From an uncultured Gemmatimonadaceae bacterium (lineage in GTDB: Bacteria > Gemmatimonadota > Gemmatimonadetes > Gemmatimonadales > Gemmatimonadaceae), in NCBI GenBank assembly GCA_963829055.1, contig CAWHHI010000019.1, forward strand, positions 1-64,000: a DNA stretch of 64,000 nt. The letters run 5' to 3'. Positions 32,744-54,464 of this stretch are shown here, piece after piece. The notes beneath the pieces are model-generated. The model was not told where the DNA came from. It did no database searches and saw only the letters and a program-made list of their open reading frames with translations. Each line of letters starts with the position of its first letter. Position 1 is the stretch's first letter. Both the position numbers and the translations under genes were made by a program.

Positions 32744-33945
32744 TACTTCAGGATCTTCGTTACGACGCCAGCGCCGACCGTGCGTCCGCCCTCGCGGATC
32801 GCGAAGCGGAGCTGCTCTTCCATGGCGATTGGCGTGATCAGCTCGATCACCATCTGGATGTTGTCGCCCGGCATGACCATCTCCGTCCCTTCCGGAAGCT
32901 CGACCGATCCGGTCACGTCCGTGGTGCGGAAGTAGAACTGCGGGCGGTAGCCCTTGAAGAACGGCGTGTGGCGGCCGCCCTCTTCCTTCGTGAGGACGTA
33001 CACCTCGGCCTCGAACTTCGTGTGCGGAGGAATGGAACCCGGCTTGGCGAGCACCATACCGCGCTCGATTTCCTTCTTGTCGATACCGCGGAGCAGCAAG
33101 CCGACGTTGTCGCCCGCCTCACCGCTGTCGAGCAGCTTGCGGAACATCTCGACGCCCGTGACGACCGACTTCTTGGACGCCTCGAAACCCACCAGCTCGA
33201 CTTCCTCACCGACCTTCACGCGACCACGCTCGATACGGCCCGTCGCCACCGTGCCGCGACCCGTGATCGAGAACACGTCCTCGACCGGGAGCAGGAACGG
33301 CTTGTCGACTTCGCGAACCGGCTGCGGAATGAACGTGTCGAGCGCCTCGTACAACTCCTGGATCTTGGCGACCCACTGCGGATCGCCCTCGATCGCGCGG
33401 ATCGCGGCGCCACGAATGACCGGCGCGTCGTCGCCCGCGTAGTTGTACTTCGACAGCAGCTCACGCACTTCGAGCTCGACGAGGTCCAGCAGCTCGGCGT
33501 CCTCGACCAGGTCGCACTTGTTGAGGAACACGACGATACGCGGCACGTTCACCTGACGGGCGAGCAGGATGTGCTCGCGCGTCTGCGGCATCGGGCCGTC
33601 GACCGCGCTCACGACCAGGATCGCGCCGTCCATCTGCGCGGCACCCGTGATCATGTTCTTCACGTAGTCGGCGTGCCCTGGGCAGTCGACGTGCGCGTAA
33701 TGGCGGTTCGGCGTTTCGTATTCGACGTGGCTCGTCGCGATCGTCAGGATCTTCGTGGCATCACGACGTCCCTGCGACGCCGACGCTTTCGCGACTTCGT
33801 CGTACGAGATGTACTTGGTGCCGTATCCCTTGTCCGCCGAGATCTTCGTCAGGGCCGCCGTCAACGTCGTCTTTCCATGGTCGACGTGGCCAATCGTGCC
33901 GACGTTTACGTGCGGCTTCGTCCGCTCGAACTTTGCCTTAGCCAT
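32743..33945 (-). CDS. tuf: Elongation factor Tu (str-operon copy)
   Basis: [44 protein letters not shown]. Confidence 0.99.
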   Translation of the reverse strand: MAKAKFERTKPHVNVGTIGHVDHGKTTLTAALTKISADKGYGTKYISYDEVAKASASQGRRDATKILTIATSHVEYETPNRHYAHVDCPGHADYVKNMITGAAQMDGAILVVSAVDGPMPQTREHILLARQVNVPRIVVFLNKCDLVEDAELLDLVELEVRELLSKYNYAGDDAPVIRGAAIRAIEGDPQWVAKIQELYEALDTFIPQPVREVDKPFLLPVEDVFSITGRGTVATGRIERGRVKVGEEVELVGFEASKKSVVTGVEMFRKLLDSGEAGDNVGLLLRGIDKKEIERGMVLAKPGSIPPHTKFEAEVYVLTKEEGGRHTPFFKGYRPQFYFRTTDVTGSVELPEGTEMVMPGDNIQMVIELITPIAMEEQLRFAIREGGRTVGAGVVTKILK

Positions 33946-33978
33946 TGTAGTGCTTCCTCTGAGAGTGTAACCCGAGGC

Positions 33979-36105
<2,127 letters not shown>

Positions 36106-36175
36106 ATCTGCAGACTGTTCGTCGTCGCTTCTTCTATCAGAAACTCGCGCTTGCGCAGCGAGCGGGTCTTCAATC

Positions 36176-36230
36176 AACAAAAACGCGGGTGGACCAGGCG
36201 TCCCTTAAACAGGGACCGGTATCCATCCGC
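36176..36230 (-). terminator. Long imperfect hairpin plus T-rich tract in the fusA leader (attenuator-like)
   Basis: Minus strand GCGGATGGATACCGGTCCCT-GTTTA-AGGGACGCCTGGTCCACCCGC then GTTTTTGTT, ~70 nt before the ATG. Confidence 0.5.
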
Positions 36231-36515
36231 CACCGCCGGGTGTACCCGCACTGAAGCACGGGTGGGGACCCAAGGCGCGCCAGTCGCTCTCTGGTCGAGA
36301 GATCCGTCGCAACGACTTCGCTACTGCGAAGGCCTTCGCTCGGGACTGACTGACGTCAAATTGTTCTGCGTCGGTGATCCAGGAACAGCGTCGCACTCGG
36401 TGCGAATGCCGTCGGCTCGACAACCTCGTCGGCGCGCAGCTCGCCGACCTTCGTGCTTCCGACACTCACTTCGCGCGAGACATTCTGCCCGAAGAAATAG
36501 TGCTGGAGCCGGGTA

Positions 36516-36543
36516 AATGTAGTCCCGCTAAGGGGGAAGTCAA
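36516..36543 (-). promoter_or_regulatory. Putative sigma70 promoter for the fusA-tuf-S10-spc block
   Basis: TTGACT-16 nt-TACATT on the minus strand. Confidence 0.6.
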
Positions 36544-36606
36544 TGCCACAGCACGGCGTATCTCAGCCGCGTGCAGGGGATCGCCACTGCCGCATCGACA
36601 CCGCAT

Positions 36607-37413
36607 CTAGTACTGCGATAGCGATCCCGCTCGTCGCGCATAACGAAATGCCCAGCGCAGCGCGACTACCCCGATCACAGCGTACGCCGCCGTCAGCGCA
36701 ATAAGCTGCACAAGGTCGCCGGTAACCGAGCTCAGGGGATACCCGAGTAGCAGCGTCTGCCGTAGCGCGCGCAACCCCGGCGTGAGCGGCAGCCACTCCG
36801 CCAGCGGTGCGACGGCCGCCGGCAACACGGACGTCGGGAAGTACACGCCCCCCAACAACGTCGACAGCACCAGCATTCCCTGCGGAATCGCGGCGTTGGT
36901 GCGGAACGACACGACCAGTGCGGCGGCGACCAAGCCGACTCCGACATACGCGACGAGGACCGCGACCAGGATGATCAACGCCTCGGGCAGCCGCAGCCAG
37001 TGAACGTCCACGCCCAACAACACCCCGGCGAGCATCAGCAGCACCACGCGCGCCGTCGCCCAGGCGAACGCGTACCCGGTCTGGCCGGCGAGCAGCGCCG
37101 GCAACGACGTCGGGGTCACCAGCAGCGCTTCGAAGAACCCGCTCGACAGCCCGCCGCTCACCGCCAATGCGAACGACGACAGCGCGGGCGAGACGAACGT
37201 CAGCAGCGCCGTTCCGAGGAGCACGAAGCCGAGATACTCTCGCCCTTCTTTCGCGATCACGTCTGCCATGAACGGCTGGAGCGCGTTCGCCAAGAAGTAG
37301 ACCGGAACGATCGTCACCAGCAGCGAGGCGAACGAAAGCACGAAGGAGACGCGGTAACTCTTGGCGGTACGCCACGAGGCACGCGTCAACGCCAGCGCGG
37401 CGCGGGCGCTCAT
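36607..37413 (-). CDS. ABC-2 type transporter permease
   Basis: MSARAALAL start; YLGFVLLG, GFFEALLVTP, GGVYFPTSVLP, LPLTPGL, RRAGSLSQY. Confidence 0.88.
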   Translation of the reverse strand: MSARAALALTRASWRTAKSYRVSFVLSFASLLVTIVPVYFLANALQPFMADVIAKEGREYLGFVLLGTALLTFVSPALSSFALAVSGGLSSGFFEALLVTPTSLPALLAGQTGYAFAWATARVVLLMLAGVLLGVDVHWLRLPEALIILVAVLVAYVGVGLVAAALVVSFRTNAAIPQGMLVLSTLLGGVYFPTSVLPAAVAPLAEWLPLTPGLRALRQTLLLGYPLSSVTGDLVQLIALTAAYAVIGVVALRWAFRYARRAGSLSQY

Positions 37414-38442
37414 CGACGCCCACTCCTGCCAATCGCTCGCTCGATGATCTCGCGCGAGTGGCGCAACGACACGCTCGAATCTCGCGATGGGCATCCCGGC
37501 CGCGATGAGCGTGGCGAGCATCTCACGAGCGGCGTCATCGCCGCCGTCGACTTCGACATCCACACGCCACCACTTTCCGCCGTCCGAGCGGACGGCGACA
37601 CGCCGCGCTTTGCCGGCCGCGACCAGCTCTTCCAACGCGGAGTGATTCGGCTCGAGCGTCCACGCGGAGTAGCGAGAACCGAGCAGCGACGCTGCCAGCG
37701 CCGGGGTGCTCCCAGTCGCCGCCACTCGGCCACGATTCATCACGACGACGCGGTCGCATAGCTCGAAGGCTTCCTCGCTCCGGTGCGTCGCCACGAGCAC
37801 AGCACAGCCGCGCCGGCCGGCGAGCTCCTCGCGAAGAAACGAACGAAAGGCGTGCGCCGCCGTCGGGTCGAGGCTGCGCGTCGGCTCATCGAGCAGCAAC
37901 ACACGTGGGTGACCGAGCAACGCGCGCGCGACGAGCAGCCGCTGCATCATGCCGGCTGAGAACTGGCCGACCATTTTGCGACCGGCGTCGGCCAGACCTA
38001 CGACGTCGAGTGCATCCGCGACCCGCGTATCCGTGTCGCGTGCGGGTAACGGCAGGAGCGCCGCGAACAGCTCGAGATTCTCCCGAGCGGATAGGCGCCA
38101 GTAGAGACTACGTTCGTTGGCCAACACCAATGCAATCATCTTGCGAACGCTGGCTGCTTCGTCCACGACATCGTATCCGGCAACCGTGGCAGAACCCCGG
38201 TCCGGCGTGATGAGCGTCGCCAGGATCTTGAGAAGCGTCGTCTTCCCTGCCCCGTTGGGCCCGAGTAGTCCGACGAACTCACCGGCGAACACTTCGAGCG
38301 AAACGTCCGCAATGGCGGGCGACGGCGGGCCGCCCATAGGGCGGCGCAGCACGTCCACCAGCGATCGGGCGGTCGGAAACTGTTTCCACAGATCGACCAC
38401 CCGGATCAGCGGTTCGTCGTTAGGCGCGGAAACCGCCGTCAT
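37410..38442 (-). CDS. ABC transporter ATP-binding protein (the apparent fusion to the permease comes from an indel near 37455)
   Basis: GPNGAGKTT, FSAGMMQR, LLLDEPT; the alternative frame ends EIIERAIGRSGRR* with ATGA overlap onto the permease. Confidence 0.9.
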
Positions 38443-38720
38443 GACGCCGCGGCCATGGCCCGCGGGTCCTGTGAGGACCGGTGCCAAGCGATGAACGTGG
38501 CCGCGACCCGGTCCAGCGTCGTTAGGTCGCGACGGACTTCGGCTGCGTACACGGGAACGGCCGCCGTCATCCCGCTGCCCGGCAAGCGGGTACGGTCGTC
38601 GCTGCAACGGCGTGCGGCGTTTCGACATGCCAGACTGGAGCGCTGCTTCGCAGCCTGGGCGAGCTCGAGAAGGTCGAAGTCACAGTCGAGTCGAAATCCG
38701 AACGCAGCGTATCTAGCCAC
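38439..38720 (-). pseudogene. Probable internally deleted HPr-kinase-like gene of the type found in lasso clusters
   Basis: N-terminus ARYAAFGFRLDCDFDLLEL and C-terminus AAVPVYAAEVRRDLTTLDRVAA resemble the two ends of such kinases, but the ORF is only ~93 aa with no Walker A motif; its stop overlaps the ATPase start. Confidence 0.45.
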
Positions 38721-38949
38721 GGCACCCAGTAAGGAAATGCTCTCTCGGAATACACTGCGGGAACGTGGCTCCGCACGAATCGATTTCTGATCGCGCACCG
38801 CCGCTCCAGGTGGCAACGGCGAGACCACGCCGCGAATCGCCCCCAACTTAGCCGGCACGTCTCGGCACCGTAGGCTTCGAACCTCCAGTGTGGCGACGAG
38901 CGATAGAGACCGTCCAGGCAGACGCGGCGTGGAAATGGCAGCGCTCGAT

Positions 38950-39402
38950 TCAGCTTCGTTGGTGCACGTCCAGATCTGTCAGCGGCACGAACGACCCAAC
39001 GTGCTCATCGACGTCGGCCAGCGTTTCGCCGGCCAACTCGACCCACGCGTGCGCGAGGAATTGCCCGCCGGCGCGGCGCACACCGACACGCACGACAGCA
39101 CCATCGATCCCACGGTCGGCCAACATCCGTGACAAAGCCATGGATCGCACGAGGCACTGAGGACGGAACACCCCGAATCGCGCAGCTCGCATGACCGCCA
39201 GTGCGAGCCTACGCGCTTCCGCCAACCGTCGCGGGTCGGAATCCTTTGCCGCCGTCGCAGGCGTCGCCAAGGAGCCGACCGGCTCCCGTCGAAGCTTTCC
39301 CTGTGCGACGAGCAAGGCCCACTGTGCCTGGAACAGCTCGCGCCACTCGGCAACAGAGAGTGTCGACAGCTTACGCGCGATGTGCGCAGGCGAAGGAGCC
39401 AC
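38950..39402 (-). CDS. Lasso peptide biosynthesis B2 leader peptidase (transglutaminase-like)
   Basis: QCLVRSMAL (catalytic Cys), VRVGVRR, FLAHAWVE (His) followed by Asp; adjacent to a PqqD/RRE gene. Confidence 0.88.
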   Translation of the reverse strand: MAPSPAHIARKLSTLSVAEWRELFQAQWALLVAQGKLRREPVGSLATPATAAKDSDPRRLAEARRLALAVMRAARFGVFRPQCLVRSMALSRMLADRGIDGAVVRVGVRRAGGQFLAHAWVELAGETLADVDEHVGSFVPLTDLDVHQRS

Positions 39403-39408
39403 TGATCG

Positions 39409-39714
39409 TCAGGTCGAGGCCGCGACGACCAACCCGCTAGCGATCAGCGCGTGGAGAAATTCCTGGGCGTCCATGCGGATCTGTTCGGCGCCGGCGTCCG
39501 GATACTTCTGCTCCAGCGCGGTACACAACTCTCCAAACGTGCTGGAGAGCGGCGGCAGCAGCGCCCAGATTTGCGCGCCGACCGGGTTCACACCGAAGTA
39601 CACCTCGTCGGCGGTGGACAGCAGCACGCCACCTTCGTCGAGCTCCTTGAAGATGGCGGCGGGGCTGGGGTGCGGCAGGGGGTAGTCGGCGCTGAGAGCA
39701 GTGGATTCAGGCAC
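39409..39714 (-). CDS. PqqD family RiPP recognition element (lasso B1)
   Basis: ELDEGGVLLS...YFGVNPVGAQIWALL...DAQEFLHALIASGLV; GTG start at 39714. Confidence 0.88.
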   Translation of the reverse strand: MPESTALSADYPLPHPSPAAIFKELDEGGVLLSTADEVYFGVNPVGAQIWALLPPLSSTFGELCTALEQKYPDAGAEQIRMDAQEFLHALIASGLVVAAST

Positions 39715-39926
39715 GGATCGGGAGTGGCGATGATGAGTCTGCGCAACGACTGCTGCCGGTGACCGACACGAGCGTCGATGACCAGACGGACAGCCAACCA
39801 ATTGCAGTGTCGACGATTCGCCGGACATCCGGCGTAGCCCGCGACGACAAGCAACGTATCGATGGACGTCGGGGGTGCACAATTCACGCCCTCAACGACC
39901 TCGGCCTGAGCATCGGCTGAACGCAG

Positions 39927-39960
39927 CGCGCCCCGCCGGTCTCGAGACCGGCGGGGCGCG
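39927..39960. terminator. Perfect 34-bp GC-rich palindrome downstream of rpsG, next to a second hairpin at ~39962-40000
   Basis: CGCGCCCCGCCGGTCTC|GAGACCGGCGGGGCGCG; no clear U-tract. Confidence 0.6.
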
Positions 39961-39998
39961 GAGTACAGGACCGGCGGGGGGCCGGACGGTCCTGTGTA

Positions 39999-40465
39999 CT
40001 ACCAGCGATAGTGGGCGAACGCCTTGTTGGCTTCGGCCATGCGGTGCGTGTCTTCCTTCTTCTTCACCGCGTTGCCCTCGCCCTTCGACGCCGCGATGAC
40101 TTCAGCCGCGAGCTTCTCGGCCATGGACTTCTCGTTGCGATCGCGCGAGTAGCCGATAAGCCAGCGCATGGCGAGCGCGGTACGGCGCTCTGGACGGACT
40201 TCGACCGGCACCTGATACGTGGCGCCGCCAACACGTCGGCTCTTGACCTCGACCACAGGCTTCAGGTTCGCGAGCGCCTGCTTGAATACGTTCACGCCAG
40301 GCTGACTGGTGCGAGACTCGACGAGGTCCATCGCGCCGTAGAACACGCGCTCGGCCGTCGACTTCTTGCCCTGCAGCATGATGGCGTTGATGAACTTCGA
40401 AACGGTCTGGCTGTCGTAGCGCGCATCGGGTAGTACGGGGCGCTTGACCGACTTTTTGCGACGGC

Positions 40466-40469
<4 letters not shown>
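39999..40469 (-). CDS. rpsG: 30S ribosomal protein S7
   Basis: [37 protein letters not shown]. Confidence 0.98.
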
Positions 40470-40861
<392 letters not shown>

Positions 40862-40916
40862 ACCCTCGAGGTCTCGCTGACGCACTCGCCCGTATTTTCG
40901 GGCGAGACAGACTCGC

Positions 40917-40945
40917 ATAATATCGGCGAAGTCAACATGCGTCAA
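40917..40945 (-). promoter_or_regulatory. Sigma70 promoter of rpsL-rpsG
   Basis: TTGACG-17 nt-TATTAT on the minus strand. Confidence 0.75.
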
Positions 40946-40981
40946 GGCGTTGGGCACGCTGTCCGGGCACTGGAAGGCACC

Positions 40982-42443
40982 TCACAAGGCCTTCGCCAGT
41001 GCTGACGAACCGGCAAGCGCGGGCAACGCGTCGCGAGCCCGAACGCCCGCCTCGAACGCACCGAGGAGGTGGGCGATGCTGTTGGCATAGTAGCTCACCA
41101 GCGGCCGGCCCCGTGTCAGTACGAGGTACCCGTTGCCCTCGCGGATCAGCACGCGGCGCATCGTCAGCATCCGATCGGCTCGATCGAACGTCTCCTCGAT
41201 GGACCGATCTGCGCGCAGGACGCGCGCGTTGAGCTCGACGAGGACGTCCCGCATGTCGCGCATCCGCTCCAGTAGCCGATCGCGCGGAATGTAGTCAGCA
41301 TCGAAGCTCTGAATGGCGGCGCAGGCCAGCGGAACAGGCGTCACTGGTATCAGCTCGGCAATGCGGCCCAGGACGTCGTCAACGAGCTGTTGCACGCGGC
41401 CCAGTCGTTCGCTGCGCTCGAGCGCGAAGAACTCCGTTCCATCCGCGCGTGTCGACGCGAGCCAATCGCTCGCTCGGATGGGCCGTCCGATCGTGACCGC
41501 CGCGCGTCCATAACGCTTCCAGCGGCCGGCGCCCAGTCGCGCGAGGTTCCAGCCGACGTACCGCACCACCTCGCTCAACTGGGTGAGGCGGGGCGTGCGA
41601 GCGCCAGACTCCCGCTTCGCCAATTCGCGCAGCAACGACCTGTCTTCGAGCACGCGATCGTAGTTCAGGGCGACCGGGATGATGACCAGTCGCCGCTCGA
41701 AATCCGGATCACGCGCCACGCCGAGCACATAGTCGATGAGACCGACTTTCCCGTGCGCGGAGCTTTCCGTCGCGAGTGAGCCCGCCTTCGGGAAAGACTC
41801 CCTGCGTGACCCCGTTGCGCGTGATGAGCTGGACGTACTGCTCGAGCACCGTGTGGTAGAGCGGCTCGCGATACCGTCGTCGAATGAAATACGAGCCGAA
41901 GCTCTTGAACACGTACTCCAGCGGGAACGCGCGCGCCCATTCGCCCACCGCATACGAGATCGAGACGTCTCCCGCGAGCACGTAGGCGAGCAGTACGTAG
42001 TCAGCGTTCGACCGGTGGTTGGCCAGGTAGAGAACCACGGCGTCGCGGGGAAGCTCATCGAGCTCGCTCAACGCCTGGTAGTCGACGCTTACCTTGTACA
42101 GCATGTTCAGCGTCGCACGACTCGCCGCGTACCCGAACTTGTAGTACGCGAGGATGTTGAAAAACGGGACGATCTCGTCGATGTACTGCCTGACGAGTCG
42201 CCACGCTTCGTCATCGCTCAGGCCCTGCTCGCTCGCGTGCCGCCTGACCGCCTCCGCGATGACGCCGTTACCGAGTAGCGTATCGCGGATATAGCCTTTT
42301 CGCGTCAGCTTGAAGCGATTGACGCGTGCGCCAAAGCGATGCACGACGCGCACGGTCGCACGGTCCGCCCAGCGCCGCGCGAGCCAGAGCGCGACGAGCC
42401 CCGCGAGCGGCAGCGAGAGCAGGACGATCGTCAGCGTGAGCAC
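40982..42443 (-). CDS. Glycerol-3-phosphate/phospholipid acyltransferase (PlsB/PlsC family); apparent indel near 41755
   Basis: NHRSNAD (HxxxxD), GSYFIRR, FPEGGLTRDG, then GLIDY and IPVALNYDRVLED in the second frame. Confidence 0.85.
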
Positions 42444-42551
42444 AGGCCAAACGTCCGTGGCCCTGCGTCCGCGGTCAAGCCGGTGTTGACGGCGCGTGCG
42501 CGCGTGCCATGTTGAAGCGCCCGCATCTCACACCGCCCGTGACCGAGGACA

Positions 42552-43462
42552 GTGATGCCGCGCCACCAGACGGCCGTCGTTTCGCGCGTACCCCTTCCCT
42601 CCACCCCGCGGCGCCGGCGCCGCGCTAGCCGCGCACTGCTTGTCACGGTCGCGCTCGCGATCTCGTCGCGCGCTGGGGCGCAGGCCGAGCTTCAGGGGCA
42701 TGTCTTCGCCGAGGGCGACCGTCGCCCGCTGACGAACGCAGAGGTCGCGGTGCCGCGCCTGAACCTCCGCACGTTGTCGGACTCGTTAGGCCGCTATCGG
42801 TTGCAGAGCATTCCGCGCGGCGAGCACCTCGTCGTCACACGGGCCGTGGGCTTTCGCCCCGACTCGGCGCTGACGGTGTTCGACGGTGACGAGGCGCTCA
42901 TCAATGACGTCCGCCTCAAGGTTCAACTCAATACGCTTCCCACGGTCGCCGTACGCGAGGCCAGCACTCCAGTCGTGCGAGGGAAGATGGCCGCGTACGA
43001 GGAACGGAAAGCCGCTGGCATCGGGCACTTCATCGATCGCGAGCTCCTGGCGAAGGATGAGAATCGCAAGCTGGGCGACATTCTCGCGATCCAACGTTCC
43101 GGGGCTCAGCGATCTATCGCGGCGGCGAGCTCGAAGTCATGGGCTGCGAGCGGACGCACGACCAGGGCAGCGCGAAATGCGCAATGTGCCGGTGTCTCGA
43201 AGACCGAAATGCTCGATCGCCTTCGACATCGCCGCAGGCGCGCCACTCGCGTGCTACCTCGACGTATATCTCGACGGAGCGCAGGTCTACAACTCGTCGG
43301 CGCGCGGAGACGCCGCTGTTCAACCTCGAACAGCATCGAGCCGACGAGAGATTCAGGCGATCGAGGTGTACACGGAGCGCGGCACAGATTCCGGCGCAGT
43401 ACAACAAGACGTCGGGCGGCTGCGGCGTCATGCTGATCTGGACGCGCACCGGTGGTCGTTAG
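42552..43462 (+). CDS. Exported protein with carboxypeptidase-regulatory-like and TonB-plug-like domains (several apparent indels)
   Basis: Signal-like segment, SDSLGRYRL, RAVGF, YEERKAAGIGHFIDR, CYLDVYLDG, IQAIEVY, IPAQYN...CGVMLIWTR across frames. Confidence 0.7.
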
Positions 43463-43507
43463 GCACTCTGCTCGGCGCTGTCGCGAACATGTCGCTCGTG
43501 GATGACA

Positions 43508-43550
43508 GAAACCCCTGGGAGGCCAAAGCCTCCCAGGGGTTTCGTTGTTT
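43508..43550. terminator. Bidirectional terminator hairpin between convergent genes (rpoC and the TonB-plug-like gene)
   Basis: GAAACCCCTGGGAGGC-CAAA-GCCTCCCAGGGGTTTC, a 16-bp perfect stem. Confidence 0.85.
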
Positions 43551-43589
43551 CGGTTCCCCGTTACCGGGTCCCGGTTCCCGCTCGTTCTA

Positions 43590-47915
<4,326 letters not shown>

Positions 47916-47918
47916 CGC

Positions 47919-52524
<4,606 letters not shown>

Positions 52525-52670
52525 GTATCATCACCCGCGCGCAGGCGAAAACCGCCTCGTCCCCGGCCGCATCGCGAATTTGCGACGGCCGGAGCGAGGC
52601 AGAAAGAACTTCGTTTGTCGAGCGAAATTTGTTGTTAGGCACTAGTGGTCGCGGTGAAAGTGAGTGCGAC

Positions 52671-52763
52671 GGGGAACCGGGAACCGGGAAGTGGGAACCG
52701 AGGTTGCCTGCAGCTCGCTGCAGGCAGCGCCGTTCCCACGTTCCCTGGTCCCCAGTTCCCGTC
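52671..52763. repeat. Degenerate inverted heptamer array (GGGAACC)n / (GTTCCC..)n
   Basis: ggggaaccgggaaccgggaagtgggaacc ... gttcccacgttccctggtccccagttccc just downstream of rplL. Confidence 0.7.
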
Positions 52764-52767
52764 TTCC

Positions 52768-53169
52768 TCACTTCACCTCGACGACCGCGCCCTGCTCTTC
52801 CAGCTTGGCCTTGACTGCGGCCGCTTCATCCTTCGTGACGCCCGCCTTCACGACCTGCGGTGCGCCATCGACGAGGTCCTTCGCCTCCTTGAGGCCCAGA
52901 CCCGTCAGCTCACGTACGACCTTGATGACCTGAATCTTCTTCGCGCCGGCTTCCTTGAGCGTGACGTTGAATTCCGTCTGCTCTTCGACCGCGGGAGCGG
53001 CGCCACCACCAGCACCGCCGCCTGCCGGTGCCGCACCGCCCACCGGGGCGGCAGCGATGGTGACATTGAACTTCGTCTTGAACGCCTCGATCAGCTCGGC
53101 GAGTTCGAAGACCGACATGTTGCCGATGGCGTCGAGAATCTCGTCCTTGCTCAGCGTCGCGTTGGCCAT
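52768..53169 (-). CDS. rplL: 50S ribosomal protein L7/L12
   Basis: [30 protein letters not shown]. Confidence 0.98.
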   Translation of the reverse strand: MANATLSKDEILDAIGNMSVFELAELIEAFKTKFNVTIAAAPVGGAAPAGGGAGGGAAPAVEEQTEFNVTLKEAGAKKIQVIKVVRELTGLGLKEAKDLVDGAPQVVKAGVTKDEAAAVKAKLEEQGAVVEVK

Positions 53170-53243
53170 GGTAAGTATCTCCTCAGGTAGAACCCAGGCG
53201 TTCCTGGGGCGTTAGTTAGCGAATCAGGCTAAGCGCCTGGGTT

Positions 53244-53765
53244 TTACGCGGCCGCGCTTTCCTTCTGCGTCCGCAGCGCCTCGAGGGCGCCGACCATCAT
53301 GTACATCATTCCATTCAACGCGCCGACGAAAGCTGCCATCGGCGACTGCAGGCCGGCGCCGAGCTCCGCGAGCATCTGCTCTCGCGAGGGCATCGAAGCG
53401 AGCTTCTTCACCTGCGCCGTGTCGATCGCGACCCCTTCGAGCAGGCCGCCCTTCACGACCGGCTTCTGGTCGTTCTCCTTCGCGAAGTCGCTGAGCAGCT
53501 TCGCCGCGGCGACGGGATCACGGCTCACGACCACGCCGGTCGGGCCGCGAAGCCGCGAGCCTGCGAGGCCACCGTCGTTGATCGCGCGCAACGCCAGCGT
53601 GTTCTTGATGACCACGTAGTCCACACCGGCCTTTCGCAGGCGGCGGCGGAGCTCGGTCATCCGCTTCACGTTCAATCCCGTGAAGTCGGTGTAGTAGAGC
53701 GCTTTCGCACCCTTGATCTTGTCGGTCAGCTCAGTGACGAGCTGCTGCTTCTCGGTTCTGTTCAT
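53244..53765 (-). CDS. rplJ: 50S ribosomal protein L10
   Basis: DFTGLNV, VIKNTL, LASMPSRE. Confidence 0.96.
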   Translation of the reverse strand: MNRTEKQQLVTELTDKIKGAKALYYTDFTGLNVKRMTELRRRLRKAGVDYVVIKNTLALRAINDGGLAGSRLRGPTGVVVSRDPVAAAKLLSDFAKENDQKPVVKGGLLEGVAIDTAQVKKLASMPSREQMLAELGAGLQSPMAAFVGALNGMMYMMVGALEALRTQKESAAA

Positions 53766-53771
53766 CGCTCG

Positions 53772-54464
53772 TTACCCCCGGTACTGGGTGGTGTCGATGC
53801 GAACACCGGGGCCCATCGTGCTGGACACCGCGACGTTGCGCACATAGACGCCCTTCGCCGCACTGGGCTTCGAGCGGACGATCTGGTCCATGAACGCCGA
53901 GTAGTTCGTCTCGAGCGCCTCGAGGGAGAACGAGATCTTGCCGATGGCGGCGTGGACGTTGCCACCCTTGTCGACGCGGAACTCGATCTTGCCCGCCTTG
54001 GTCTCGCGAACGGCGCGGCCGACATCGAACGTGACCGTACCGGCCTTCGGGTTCGGCATGAGACCGCGGGGGCCAAGCACGCGCCCAAGCTGTCCAACCT
54101 GACCCATCTGGTCCGGCGTGGCGATCATGACGTCGAAGTCGAGCCAGCCTTCCTTGATTTTCGCGATGAACTCAGCGCCGACGAAGTCGGCACCAGCCGC
54201 CTCCGCCTCACGCGCCTTGTCGCCGACCGCGATGACGAGTACGCGGACGGACTTTCCGGTTCCCGCGGGCAACACCACCGTTCCACGAACGATCTGATCG
54301 GCGTGGCGCGGATCGACTCCGAGCCGTACGGCGATTTCGACCGTCTCATCGAACTTGGCGAACGCGGCCTGCTTCACCATCTCGAGCGCCTGCCTGGGCT
54401 GATACACGGACGCCTCATCACGTCCTTTCGCCGCGGCGCGATACTTCTTTCCGTGGGCGTGCAT
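53772..54464 (-). CDS. rplA: 50S ribosomal protein L1
   Basis: [31 protein letters not shown]. Confidence 0.98.
   Translation of the reverse strand: MHAHGKKYRAAAKGRDEASVYQPRQALEMVKQAAFAKFDETVEIAVRLGVDPRHADQIVRGTVVLPAGTGKSVRVLVIAVGDKAREAEAAGADFVGAEFIAKIKEGWLDFDVMIATPDQMGQVGQLGRVLGPRGLMPNPKAGTVTFDVGRAVRETKAGKIEFRVDKGGNVHAAIGKISFSLEALETNYSAFMDQIVRSKPSAAKGVYVRNVAVSSTMGPGVRIDTTQYRG

Noticed and set aside
36205..36465. 86-aa ORF upstream of fusA as the missing lasso precursor
   Set aside because: No YxxPxL-type leader or convincing RBS, and it overlaps the structured fusA leader.
36607..38628. 673-aa ATPase-permease fusion ORF
   Set aside because: An alternative frame gives a normal ATPase end with ATGA coupling to the permease start, so one indel explains the fusion.
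39715..39926. Precursor peptide upstream of the PqqD gene
   Set aside because: The minus-strand frames show no leader motif or plausible core with an RBS.
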